Below the pieces are notes generated by a model. The model was not told the origin of the DNA and ran no database searches. It saw only the letters and a list, made by a program, of their open reading frames with translations. The translations under genes were made by a program, and so were the position numbers. Source: Octopus sinensis (lineage: Eukaryota). From it: 64,000 nucleotides of DNA. Location: NCBI RefSeq assembly GCF_006345805.1, contig NC_043014.1:27094001-27158000 (forward strand), read 5' to 3'. Of the stretch, positions 26,690 through 37,889 are shown in pieces (position 1 is the stretch's first letter; every line of letters starts with the position of its first letter).

Positions 26690-27290
26690 AGAAGGTCGAG
26701 TGTTGGTAGTGAATGCTTGGTGGTGCTGTATGTAGCAGTGGTCGTGGTGGTGGTGATAATTGTGTGTGGTAGTGGAAGGTGATGAGGTGGTGGTGGTTGG
26801 AGTGGAAGCTGGTGGTGTGTGTGTGGTTGAGGTGTGTGGCAGTAATGGTAGTGAGTGGTGATGATGGTGGTATTTGTGTGTTTGCGCATATGTGTGTGTG
26901 GTGATGGGTTTAGTAGGTGTATGATGCTAGTAGTGTGTATGTATATGTGTATGAGATTAGCAGTGATACAGTGTGTGTGACTGTGGTGGATGTGTGGTGA
27001 TGTGTTGTGTATATGATGGTGGTAGTATGTATAGTAATGTATGGCATACAAGACGGTGGCAGTATGTGAATGTGGTAGTGAGATGGTAGTTTATGTGGTG
27101 GTATGTGGTGTGTGTGTATGTGTAGCGCTTGTATGTGTATGGTGCTGGTGCATGTATGTGGTGTTTTATGGTAGTGCATGTCTGTGAATAAGTATAGTAG
27201 TGGTACCGTGTATAGTGCTGTGTGTGTGTGTAGGATGTTGTTGTAAGGTGGTGTGTGTGCAGTTGTATGTGTATGTGTTTATGTGTCTAT
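26690..27290. repeat. GT/GGT-rich low-complexity tract
   Basis: Direct reading; gives His/Thr-rich pseudo-ORFs on the minus strand. Confidence 0.9.
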
Positions 27291-27356
27291 ATTTTAGTGA
27301 TGGTTTGAGAAAACAATAGTCGTCTGTCTCATCATTAATACATCAATTTCCTGTAG

Positions 27357-27417
27357 AAAGAAATTAGGTTGGAATGAGCTCTCTCTTTCTGTTGTAAACA
27401 AAGATTCCAGATTATTG
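27357..27417 (+). CDS. Host gene candidate exon (61 nt): KKLGWNELSLSVVNKDSRLL
   Basis: atttcctgtag|AAAGAAA...TTATTG|gtaaaa; phase 2 in, phase 0 out. Confidence 0.65.
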
Positions 27418-28320
27418 GTAAAATCTCAGTGAATTACCTTTCTGAGTGCTGCTGTTTAGCCCCAGGTCAGCCTTCATTGAGAACAGCATTGAGCAATGTT
27501 ATTCTAGGCATACCTATATTTTTAAGTATATCTGGAACTACATTAAAATGGAAGAATGTGATTCAAGGGAAATTTGGTTATTTCTAGCATGCTGTCCGGC
27601 CATGTAAAGGTTCTGAACCCCTGCTGACTTTGTATTTTCCTTTCTCCTTTGATTGAGGGTAACAGAGGTTCTCACCAAGCATTGGTTCATTATCTGTTAC
27701 TGTATTTCTGATAGCTGTTTTTGTTGTTTGGTCCCAGGCCAGCCCTGGTTGATGTAAATTTATAATCAAAGGCATTCCAACCATAACCATCCAATCATAT
27801 TTTCATACATAATGTATTGCTAGGATCACATTAACTAATGTCCCTTCCTCTTTCAAGATAGTGGGATGTAACTTGAAAGAGATTTGCCTGTTATTTTAAC
27901 AACAATGTAAAGACCGCTAGGTGCTAGTGTGCATACATTGTATGCAATAGGACAGTCTTGATGCATTGCATGCAGTATTGTGCAGCCATTTTACAATGTT
28001 CTCTTATGTAAACAATGAGTTTGGGGCAGATAGGAGTTAAAAAATGAACTTACCTGCTATGGTGCATAAAACATTACAAGCATTTATAATAGGTTAACAA
28101 ATCTACTTTATTCAATGAATTTAATAATTTGCTGTAATTTAATGTCTGTGTGTAGTACACACTGAACACAAACCCCTGACTCTACTAGGAGGTGTCTTCC
28201 AGTGAATGAGGAATACTCTACAGAGTCAATCAATCTCTAAGAAAAAGCAAACAAATCTTACACAAATCATATTGTACAATTTTAAAATAAGGCAGGACAT
28301 ACTGGATAATGCATTTTTCT

Positions 28321-28352
<32 letters not shown>

Positions 28353-28912
28353 TGTATGTATGTAGTATGTATGTATGTATGTATGGATGGATGGATGGAT
28401 GGATGTATGTATGTATGTATAGTATGTATGTACGTACGTATGCATGCATACATGCATGCATGTATGTATGCATACACTCATAAACAGAAGAATCAAGTCT
28501 ATTACTGGATGAATATTTGATTTATCTCAGGAGGCTGAAAGATAAATTTTATTTTGATAGGATTTGAACTCAGGGTGCAGATAGCCAGAATAAATACCAC
28601 AATGTATACTATATATACACTCAAACATCTGACAATTTGCTGCAGTATAGTTCTGGATATACAAAATTATGGGATGACCACAGGTAGAATGTCTTTGATT
28701 ATCAGGTTCATTCAATCAGGTTCTTTCATTATCAGGTTCATTTAGACTTGGGAGCTAAACAACAACTTTATGCATTTCACTCTAATTACATATTGATAAG
28801 CTTCTGGTCAGCCATTCATCTATGACAAAGCCCTACGGTGTCAGCAAAACTCCAGGAGTCATGGGCAACCTCTTTCAAAATGTGGGCTAAATGAGACATG
28901 CTTTATTATTAG

Positions 28913-28939
28913 GTAGGCTACATTACTAAAAAAATTGAG
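28913..28939 (+). CDS. Host gene candidate microexon (27 nt): VGYITKKIE
   Basis: ctttattattag|GTAGGC...ATTGAG|gtatgt; phase 0/0, joins the flanking exons in frame. Confidence 0.55.
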
Positions 28940-31065
28940 GTATGTTTTCCTTTGGCATGCCATTCAGAAAGTATCATAGGCCACATTTTTCCCATATCTG
29001 CTTTAGCATTAGACATTGGTTGCTGTCTTGACTTCTGCAATAAAAGTAAACTCCAAGCAGACATAAACAAACAAACACTGGTTATTAAGCAGTAGTGGAG
29101 GACAATCACAACACAAACACAAAGATACACATACACATAGATATATCCATACATATATACATATACTTGGCAGGTTTCTTTCAATTTTCGACTACCATAT
29201 CCACTGACAAGGCTTTGATCAGCCCAGGGCTATAACAGAAGACACTTGCCCAAGGTACCACACAGTTGAGTTGAAATTGGAACCATGTGGTTGAGAAGCA
29301 AATTTCATACCACACAGCCACTCTGGCACCTATATAGAACATCATCTAATGTGACTTTTCCTTGAGACAACAGGGTATGATATGAAGGAGACTTGACTGT
29401 AATTCTAACAGGCTATGCAACCACACCAGAGACTGCTTCACTGACTTGAATTATTCAAGTAAAGTTGTGTAAGGTTGTGTTGTTAAGTGTAGATATGTAG
29501 GTGGTTTGATGTATCATATATATATCATCCATGGTCAATATAAAAGTGCAAATGGTTTGTGATTAGAATAGGAAGTTGAGTGATCTATTATTGATGTAAA
29601 AGTGTGAATTTTAAAACTTGTTCGATGGATTATTGATATTTTGGTCAGGCTGATTTTAGCTGCATGTTGTTACCCATATTTAAGTTAAGTCTATCAGAAG
29701 TTTTCAAGGAAACCGTTTCTTTATACACAAACATTACAATGATTATAATGCTTATTTGCCATGGTTTATATTACTGATTACCAACAGTGAGTTATGTTGG
29801 CTAAGAATTAAATAGCTACATCTTCATGTGGATGGGAGGCGAGAATAAAGAATGTCTTGTAGCCATGCCTGAAGATGTATTCATAGTAGACAAGTGATTT
29901 CTTTTTAACCCAGCATCAGATGTTTGGCCAAGAATCCTGTTCGCCTGTCTTCTCTGGAATCTCTCCATCTCTGCTATGTCAGTGCACATGTTTTACATGT
30001 CTTGTCCCTCTGCCCACAAGAGCTTGCCATGAACAGGGCCAGCTCAAGGTACCACTAACTCAAGCAGTTGCTCGTGGTCCAATGTGCTTTTTAGTCTACA
30101 TTTTCAGTTTTTCTCCTTGTGAAAGTTTTAAAAAATTATACTTGTAAGGGTGCTGAGGTTCAGCTTGCCTGGGCACCAGCAACCCTAGGGCCAGCCTTGG
30201 CCACAAACCTCAATGTAAAGCCATGTTTTAGCAGGAAACTCAAGGAAAATTCCATCAATCATATGGTTGTAGCTAAAATACTATTGGTCAGAATTCAGGG
30301 CAAATCACCTGATATGTTGTGGTCTATTTCTCATTACTGAGCTGATGCAGTTTCAAGTTTAAGCCATGCTACAAGTCTATAACTGATGTAGTTGATGTGA
30401 TCTAGCACAGTATTTTATGGGTATTTATTTCATTGGTCCTACAAGATTAGGGGACCAAGTTGACTTTAATGAAATTTGAACTCCTAGCAGAAGGCATCAA
30501 CATAAAAGTCCCCAAAAGCTTGCAGCGCTATGTTGTCCTTCAACCTGGTTGAAGTTGTAACCAGTTCTCACTCAAACCCCACTCTACCTATGGAAAATTG
30601 ATGGACATACAGCATAATGCCACCAGAGTTGCACTAATCACGAAAAAATGGATGGTCATGCAATAAAGCCTTATTCAAGACTGACCTGGTGCTAACCAAT
30701 AAACCTTAAATAATTTCCCCCTCACATGAAGCTAGAGGTTAGTAAATGAGAGCTTGTGATGTTCATGCTGTTCGGTTATGAGAATAAAGGGAAACTGACC
30801 AGAACAGTGATAAAAATGTTCGTCAATTTTTTACATAAAAACAGAGGAAGGCTATCTTAGATGTTTTAATACTTTTAGAAGGAGTATTAATCTTTTCTAC
30901 TCAAGGCACAAGGCCCGATTAGAAGGAGCATTAATGAATTACGCTTGCCAGTAGCTTGGCGCAACTTCTATTTTACTGCAAACCATAAATAGCATTATCT
31001 CATTATCCATCAATTAACCCTTACCTCCTACTGTTGACATCTAACTTCTGACCTTCCTTTTACAG

Positions 31066-31160
31066 GCAACATGCAAACAGGTGATGGAGCACATTGACCG
31101 TTCACTCAAAGCAGTCTATGAAGGGGCAGATAACTCTACATTGAAACAAAAGAAGGCGCA
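31066..31160 (+). CDS. Host gene exon (95 nt): ATCKQVMEHIDRSLKAVYEGADNSTLKQKKA(Q)
   Basis: ccttccttttacag|GCAACA...GCGCA|gtaagt; phase 0 in, phase 2 out. Confidence 0.85.
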
Positions 31161-33308
31161 GTAAGTTTGACACATGATTTTATTTATCTGTTCATACAAT
31201 AGGTTCAGTGTTATTGTTGGGGATTAACGTTTTTACATGGGACTTTCTGCTTCACATCTATCGTACGTTTGTTTGTTTTTCGCTTGTTTCCTGCTTGTCT
31301 GAAATATTTGCTTTCCCTCATAATTCTGTCAGCTTGCTTGTATAAGTGTGCATACACTTGCACACACATACATATATTGAAAGAAGAACGAGCGCATGCA
31401 ACCGAAAGATGAGTAAATAGGGAGTGGTTCATATTCTTTGAATGAATAAATGTATGTATTGAGTTCGTACTTTTGTTTTTCCGTTTTTGACAACTCGCCT
31501 ACTAATATAGTTGGCAGTAGTCCAGCATGTAACCAAGTTTTCTCTTGTCAGAAGCCTGTTCAGCGGCCTGCATGCCTGTCCGTAAATATATCTATTCGTG
31601 ATATAGTTTGTTGATTATTACTGTTACTACATTAAAACTATTAAAATAACAATAATAACAACCACAACAAGCAACCTCGCCATCAAACTGCACCCTGTCG
31701 TTTTCTTTTTGTTGTTTTTTTTTTAATAGGGATTTAAGGATAAGCAACAGCAACGAATAGTACTGTAAGAATAACGAGTCCTTTCACAGTCGTTCGACCT
31801 ATGGAAAATTGATGGACATACAGCATAATGCCATCAGAGTTGCACTAATCACGAAAAAATGCAGCCAAAACTCCCTCAAATCAAACCTGGGATCGCCTTA
31901 AAAAGGGCTCAGATACTTGGAGGAAAATGGGGAGGGGGGAACAGGGTTATAGCTGGAATACTTTTGATCAAAGGTTTATTTGATTAGGGATACCTGGGGC
32001 TAAACAACAACAATAGTAAAGCCATTTGACAGTCATTCGCTCTGCTATAATTAGCAGCTAAATCCCTCGGATTGCACATTACTATCTTACAAAGTGAAAG
32101 GGCACATTAAGTTTTGTAGTCCTGGATATACCAGCAAAATGGATGGTTACTCTGGAATATGTTTAATCATAGGTCTGCTCCATCAGAAGTTGACCTGAGG
32201 TTAAATAACCACAACTACAACAAAACACATACAAAATAGCTAAAACAAATGTCCTCTCTTGGCCCATTCTGTAAGCTACAGTTAAAAAAACATTATCTCT
32301 ACCATCATCACAACCACTACTTCCACCGACCACACCGTCGTCAATATCACCACAACCACAATGTTACAAACACTGCCACCACAAATATCACCACTTCAGT
32401 GTTCCAGGCATCTTCCCCACCATTGACAACACCATCACATACACAATGCAACAATCACTACTGTCACCACCACATGTTACAACCACCTTCATTAACACTG
32501 TTACAGCCATTATAACCACCACCACCACATTTCTATAGTAATCCCTAACCTTCTGCTGCCTACATATCACTTATTATGAACCAAAGAATGAATATCTATG
32601 CAGTCATTTCATATTCTAGAAATAGCTGTCAAATCTCCCTCAAGTCAAACCCTGCCATCTTCATAAAGGAGGACATATTGGAAAATATGTCAGAAAAAGA
32701 AAGACTGGATCACCAATGATGGAATGTCTTTGATTATAGGTCTACTTGATCAGGACTAACCTGGGCTTAAAATAAAACCCAGCACCACACATATATAGTT
32801 ACTTACTTCTGCTCACCTCTAAAAAGCAGATTTAGTTTAAGAGACATACACTTTCATCAGCTATAAAGACCTGTACGCACAATAATATCATTATGTAGCT
32901 GTTATAAATTAACCGGCTTTTGTTAATTGGAGTTAATTGTCACATTGTTTTGTTGGGGAGGGGGGCCATACCATAGTCTAGAAAGACAGTGAAAGTGGTG
33001 GGTTGATGTTAACTGATATTGCTAGGAATAAACTTTAACATATCATTAGAACCGCAAACAGAATGCTTTGTGATATTTATTCTGGCCCTGTATTTTCTGA
33101 GTTCAAATTCCACTATGGTCATCATTGCTTTTTATCTTTTGAGGATTGATAAAATAAAGTACTAGTCTAGCGTGATGGCTTGGCAGGATTGTTAGAGCAA
33201 TGGACAAAATACTTTGTTGTATTCGTTTCAGGGTCCTTGGATTCTGAATGACCAGGTAGGTGTAGTGAACTTGTCTGTATCTAACTGAAAAGATGGTGTT
33301 TAAAATAC

Positions 33309-33502
33309 CTGAATTAAAGCTGTATGAAACCACTTTTGTGTTTTTCCACAAAAATTCCACAAGTTTTTCATTCTTGTCAATGAAATCACCAGGGGTCATT
33401 TGTTGACCTAATGGTGTATATTCTCCCAAGTCCAATAAAGAATGGGTCAACCCATCAAAGAATAATTTAAGATTCTTATAAAATATTGAATCTGGTGAAA
33501 AT
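33309..33502 (-). CDS. Candidate antisense exon (194 nt): FSPDSIFYKNLKLFFDGLTHSLLDLGEYTPLGQQMTPGDFIDKNEKLVEFLWKNTKVVSYSFNS
   Basis: Non-repetitive open frame bounded on the minus strand by a long T-rich tract + catgcag| and ttcag|gtattt; no partner exon found. Confidence 0.4.
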
Positions 33503-33699
33503 CTGCATGTTATGAATGAAACAAAAAACAAAAAGAAGAGTTTGTAGAAAGTCAAGTAATTCAGTTGTAAAGAGTAAAAATTCTAACATTTTGTACTCCT
33601 ACTCTTCAAAAAAGAGTAGAATAGGGATCAGCATGTTTTTTGTGATGACCCTTTTTTAATTCTTTCACATATTCCCATGGCCCACATGCATATTATATA

Positions 33700-33915
33700 T
33701 TCTTTTCTACTCTAGGCACAAGGCCCGAAATTTTTGGGGAGGGGTTCAGTCGATTAGATCTACCCCAGTACGCAACTGGTACTTAATTTATTGACCCCAA
33801 AAGGATGAAAGGCAACGTTGACATCAGCAGAATTTGAACTCAGAACATAAAGACAGACAAAATACCACTAAGTATTTTGCCCGGCGTGGTAATGTTTCTG
33901 CCAGCTTGCCACCTT
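33700..33915 (-). mobile_element. Meta-domain-like tRNA SINE
   Basis: ccccagtacgcaactggtacttaatttattgaccccaaaaggatgaaaggcaacgttgac...atttgaactcagaac. Confidence 0.8.
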
Positions 33916-34029
33916 ATACTATATCATATATTACATATAAGATAATCACCACAGATACCCAACCCTCATTTCCATCACTAGTGGAGCAAATATTTAACAA
34001 ATTTCACTTGTCATTCATCAATGGCTAGG

Positions 34030-35090
34030 GAGATTCATAAATGGGCTCTCATGAAATTAGTTGAAAAACCATGTTCTTGATATCAGAAAACTGTCCCAAT
34101 TTAGCATGCAAATCTGTCAAAAATTGCTTATCTATGGACCGTAACAGTCTTTTGTCTCCTGGTTCAGTGACTTCATGTCACAGTACGCCATTGCAGCATG
34201 AGCTGGTAGAGTTCCCCATGACTCATGCTCTACCTATTCTGGTATGACCACAGGTTTGGTAATTTTTTCCCCCACACTTTTCTCTACATCACCAACCTCT
34301 TGGCATCACTTTTAACAATGCCCATTGTTTTGCAACTGATTGTAACACTCATTCCTCTACATCTTCTTCAACCAACTGCCAGACACATGCAACCTAAGCA
34401 CCTTACACCAAACCTGCACTAACTCCATGAATAGAGATCTTGAAAATGCTCTCCAATTGGGATATTGCTAATCTTGAGTCCTTCAGTTAAAAAGTGTAAT
34501 CACAACGTATATGCAAGAAAACTCTCCAAATCATAAACAGCACACAACTAGAATCCTCAAGGTTGTAACAAATGCAACACTTTGCCATCATTGAGGATCA
34601 CTCCTGGTGAATACATATCATCATCATAGCATAATTTGGATGACAAGGATTGGTCTTCTCCTTGAGAATACCCAACAATTATAAAATTTCTACAAAGTGA
34701 GATGCACCATAAAGCACTGTTCCCTCATCTGAGGCTATGATATTGTTACATCTTTGGTCACATCCAAAGAAAAACCACACCAATGATTGGTGTCACTCTG
34801 ACCCTCTCCTGCTTTTACTTTTGTCATAACAGTTGCTTCTGCTTCTCAGTGTTGGCTATTCTTGCTCCATCCTCTACTTAGCCCCCTCCCCAACTCATTC
34901 ATGTCTTTTCCTCTTATGAGTGTATCCACTCATCTCCACCCTGGCCACTGCATCCAATCTTTCTTCTAAACATACTCCTCTGGAATCTCTTTCCCACACA
35001 AGGTGATTTACAGTCTTCAAGAGGAACATCAACCACATTGGTCCTACAAGCAATGGAGGGTGGGAATGGGCTTTAAAAACCATGAATAAA
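34030..35090 (+). mobile_element. Heavily decayed CR1/L2-like LINE RT region and 3' end
   Basis: Frameshifted remnant of the xSGVPQGS..PTLF..YINDL region near 34235-34290; boundaries uncertain. Confidence 0.4.
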
Positions 35091-36428
35091 GTCCCTTCTT
35101 CCAGAACAAACCAATGAAAGCACTAAAAGCTACTTCTTAGAACCCTTACAGTCGAATGCAAACAATGCATGCATAATATGCATAAACATCTTTCAAGCAT
35201 TTTTGTTGTTGTTCATATAAACTGACAATCTCTGGTCATCCTCTCATAAATGCCACTTTTCTATTATTGTTGTTGTTGCTGTTATTATATAAAAGCAGTA
35301 AGTGGCAGAATCATTAGCATGGCAGACGAAATGCTTAGCAGCATTTCATCCATCTTTACACACTGGGTTCAAATGCTGCCAAGGTCAACAAAATACTTGA
35401 AGAAATGTTTAGAAGCATTTCTTCCAGCTCTTTACATTCTGAGTTCAAATTCTTCAGGTGACTTCACATTTCATTCTCTCAAGGCTGATAAGATAAAGTA
35501 ACAGTCATGTATAGGGGTTAAAATTATCAACAAAGCCCTCTCCCTATACCAAATTTTGAAACCATTATTGTATTACAACTTAGTATGAAGAGGAAGGGCA
35601 GTATGCATGACATTATTTTCAAGGTTTTTGAGATTGGTGATTGGAATGGAGGAAGTTATCCAGTTTAAACTGGACACCTAATCTCAATGCTAGTAACAGA
35701 CTGAACTCTTCTAAAGGTACCAATGGACCAAATGGTATCAGAGTGACATATAAAAAACAAATTCTGTGACAGGCTTCTACACAGTTTCCATTTACCAAAT
35801 TTTACTTACATGACTAATCGAGCCAAGTCTATGGTAAAAATATTTGACGAGGATGCTTCGAAGTGAAATTGAACCTAAAACTTCACAGTTGAGTCTATCA
35901 GCAACTTCCATGTGAGAATATGCCTTTATCAACTAGACCATCTATCAGCTGGAAATATTTTTTCTTCATGTCTTGTTATTAAATTTGATAATTTTCATGT
36001 TTTGTATTAATTTTATTCCTGTTAATGAGGTTGTAGCTTTTTATTGTTTAGCTCTGTGTCCAAGTAAGCTTTGATCTCATAGACCTATGATGAAAGATGA
36101 TTTAACCATGAGTAGCCTAAATTGTGTTTCAGACTTAGTGTCTCTAGGATCACATTATCCAATGTGTCCTTCTTTCACAAGACAGAGCATGTGATTTGTG
36201 AAAGATTCTGGCTGCTGTTTCTAACAGACTGAATGACTGTTCAGAGACTTCCTCATCCACTGATTAATATTTTGTTCTGTTGCTTTTCTCTTTACTAACT
36301 TATTTTCATCATACCTTGTCTTTCTCTGTCTGTCTGTCTCTCTTTTTCTCATACTCAGACTTTCTCTCTCTGCCTCTTTCACTCTTTCTTTTTCTCACTT
36401 TCTCCCTACCTTTCTCTCACTCCATCAG

Positions 36429-36580
36429 AGTTCTTCGGAAACACAGATTGGAAACATTGGCTAAGCTAGGCGTTGCTGACCCTGAAATTGGCTCTTCAGC
36501 AACACTTCCAAGTTCCGAATCGTGTCGACACAGACCAAAGACCTTCCCTATGTCACAAACTCTCGGTCGAACTGGTGCAG
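36429..36580 (+). CDS. Host gene exon (152 nt): VLRKHRLETLAKLGVADPEIGSSATLPSSESCRHRPKTFPMSQTLGRTGA(G)
   Basis: Long CT tract + ccatcag|AGTTC...GTGCAG|gtacat; phase 2 in, phase 1 out. Confidence 0.85.
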
Positions 36581-36954
36581 GTACATATATGTTTTTTTTC
36601 TTTTTATCTCTTTCGTTTCCTAAAAGAATTCAAGAATAGCTCCATCATCATCACCACCACCATTATGAGCATCATTAATCCATATATAGAATGCTAAATT
36701 CATGCCTCAGTTAGCAAAATATCAGACAACATTGAAGAAGCAGTGTAGTGTAAGTGCATTGTGGGTAAAATGTGGGCACTGGTGAATACATGTGGAGACA
36801 GTTAGGGAACAGTGTGGATCAAGTATATGTGAAATGTGTAGGTTACATACAGTGTGTGTACAGTATGGGAACATTGTGAGTACAGTGGTTATAGTGAGAG
36901 CGAGTGCCTGATGTCTCTCTTCCCATATGGCAACAATAAAAGAGTGATGGAATC

Positions 36955-37345
36955 ACAGACAAGACTTCAACCAAGTAGTAGATAATATCAAGGATCCACT
37001 GGTAAAACCTCAGCCTTGTAGCATTTTACATCAAAGACTCAATGACATGACCTCAACCATGTAACAACTGATAGCAATGGATTCACTGACAAGATTTCAA
37101 CCATGTAGTAGATAACGTCAACAGACCTGCTGACAAAACCTCAGTCATGCAGCATTTTACATCAAAGACTCATTGACATGACTTCAACTGATAGCAAAAG
37201 ATTCACTGACAGAACTGGAGCCATGTAATTGTTAACATTAATAAACTTACTGACAGGATTTGAGCCACACCCATTGACAAAACTTCAGCCATGTAGCAAT
37301 TAATAGTAATGGACTGAGTAATAGATCTTGAGCAATGTAGCAACC
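36955..37345 (+). repeat. Degenerate minisatellite (~130-bp unit built from ~40-bp subunits)
   Basis: gacaaga(c/t)ttcaacca.gtagtagataa and gcattttacatcaaagactca each occur twice about 130 bp apart. Confidence 0.75.
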
Positions 37346-37399
37346 ACTCAACAAGTGGTCACTTTTCTACCTCAAATTTAGTACTTATATTACTTATAT

Positions 37400-37578
37400 T
37401 AAATATCTCAGCTATTAGATAGTTTTTAAAGGTGGAACTTGGAGTAGATAAAATTATAAATAATAGCATGTAGTATACTGGGTTAAAAACACCCTTAGAT
37501 GGAAATCATCAAAGGCTGTGCATTGGATTCAAACCCACATAAACATGGTTGATGTTCTAACCATTATACCAAAGCAGC
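37400..37578 (-). mobile_element. Decayed tRNA-derived SINE whose 5' end is the LTR insertion site
   Basis: Minus strand: A box tggtataatgg (37571-37561), B box ggtttgaatcc (37535-37525). Confidence 0.55.
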
Positions 37579-37580
37579 AC

Positions 37581-37858
37581 TGTGGTGTATGCAAGAGATT
37601 CGAAATAAAGGCACCTACCTTCTCTTCACTCAGATGGAGACCCTTCAGCGGTAATGGATCCTTCAACACAGCCCGACCCGAACGCTAGAAATAGCAGCTG
37701 CTTCTCCCAACCTTAACAACGTGCTGGCCCGTCTTCCTCGCTTGACGACTGCGATCGAAAAGGGCCAAATGCCACCCTACCAGCGCACGCGTCACTGCTG
37801 CCCCTTCCGGTCAGCCCCAAGTTCCGATCAGCTCCCCAGCTGCTGACATCATCCCACG
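37581..37858 (-). repeat. 3' LTR
   Basis: About 20 substitutions versus the 5' LTR by manual alignment, no indels. Confidence 0.95.
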
Positions 37859-37889
37859 CGCCACCCTGATCTTAAAGATCACAATCTCT

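Noticed and set aside
30034-30197. Possible MITE with cagggccagc / gggccagccttg ends
   Set aside because: Ends too degenerate and no TSD identified.
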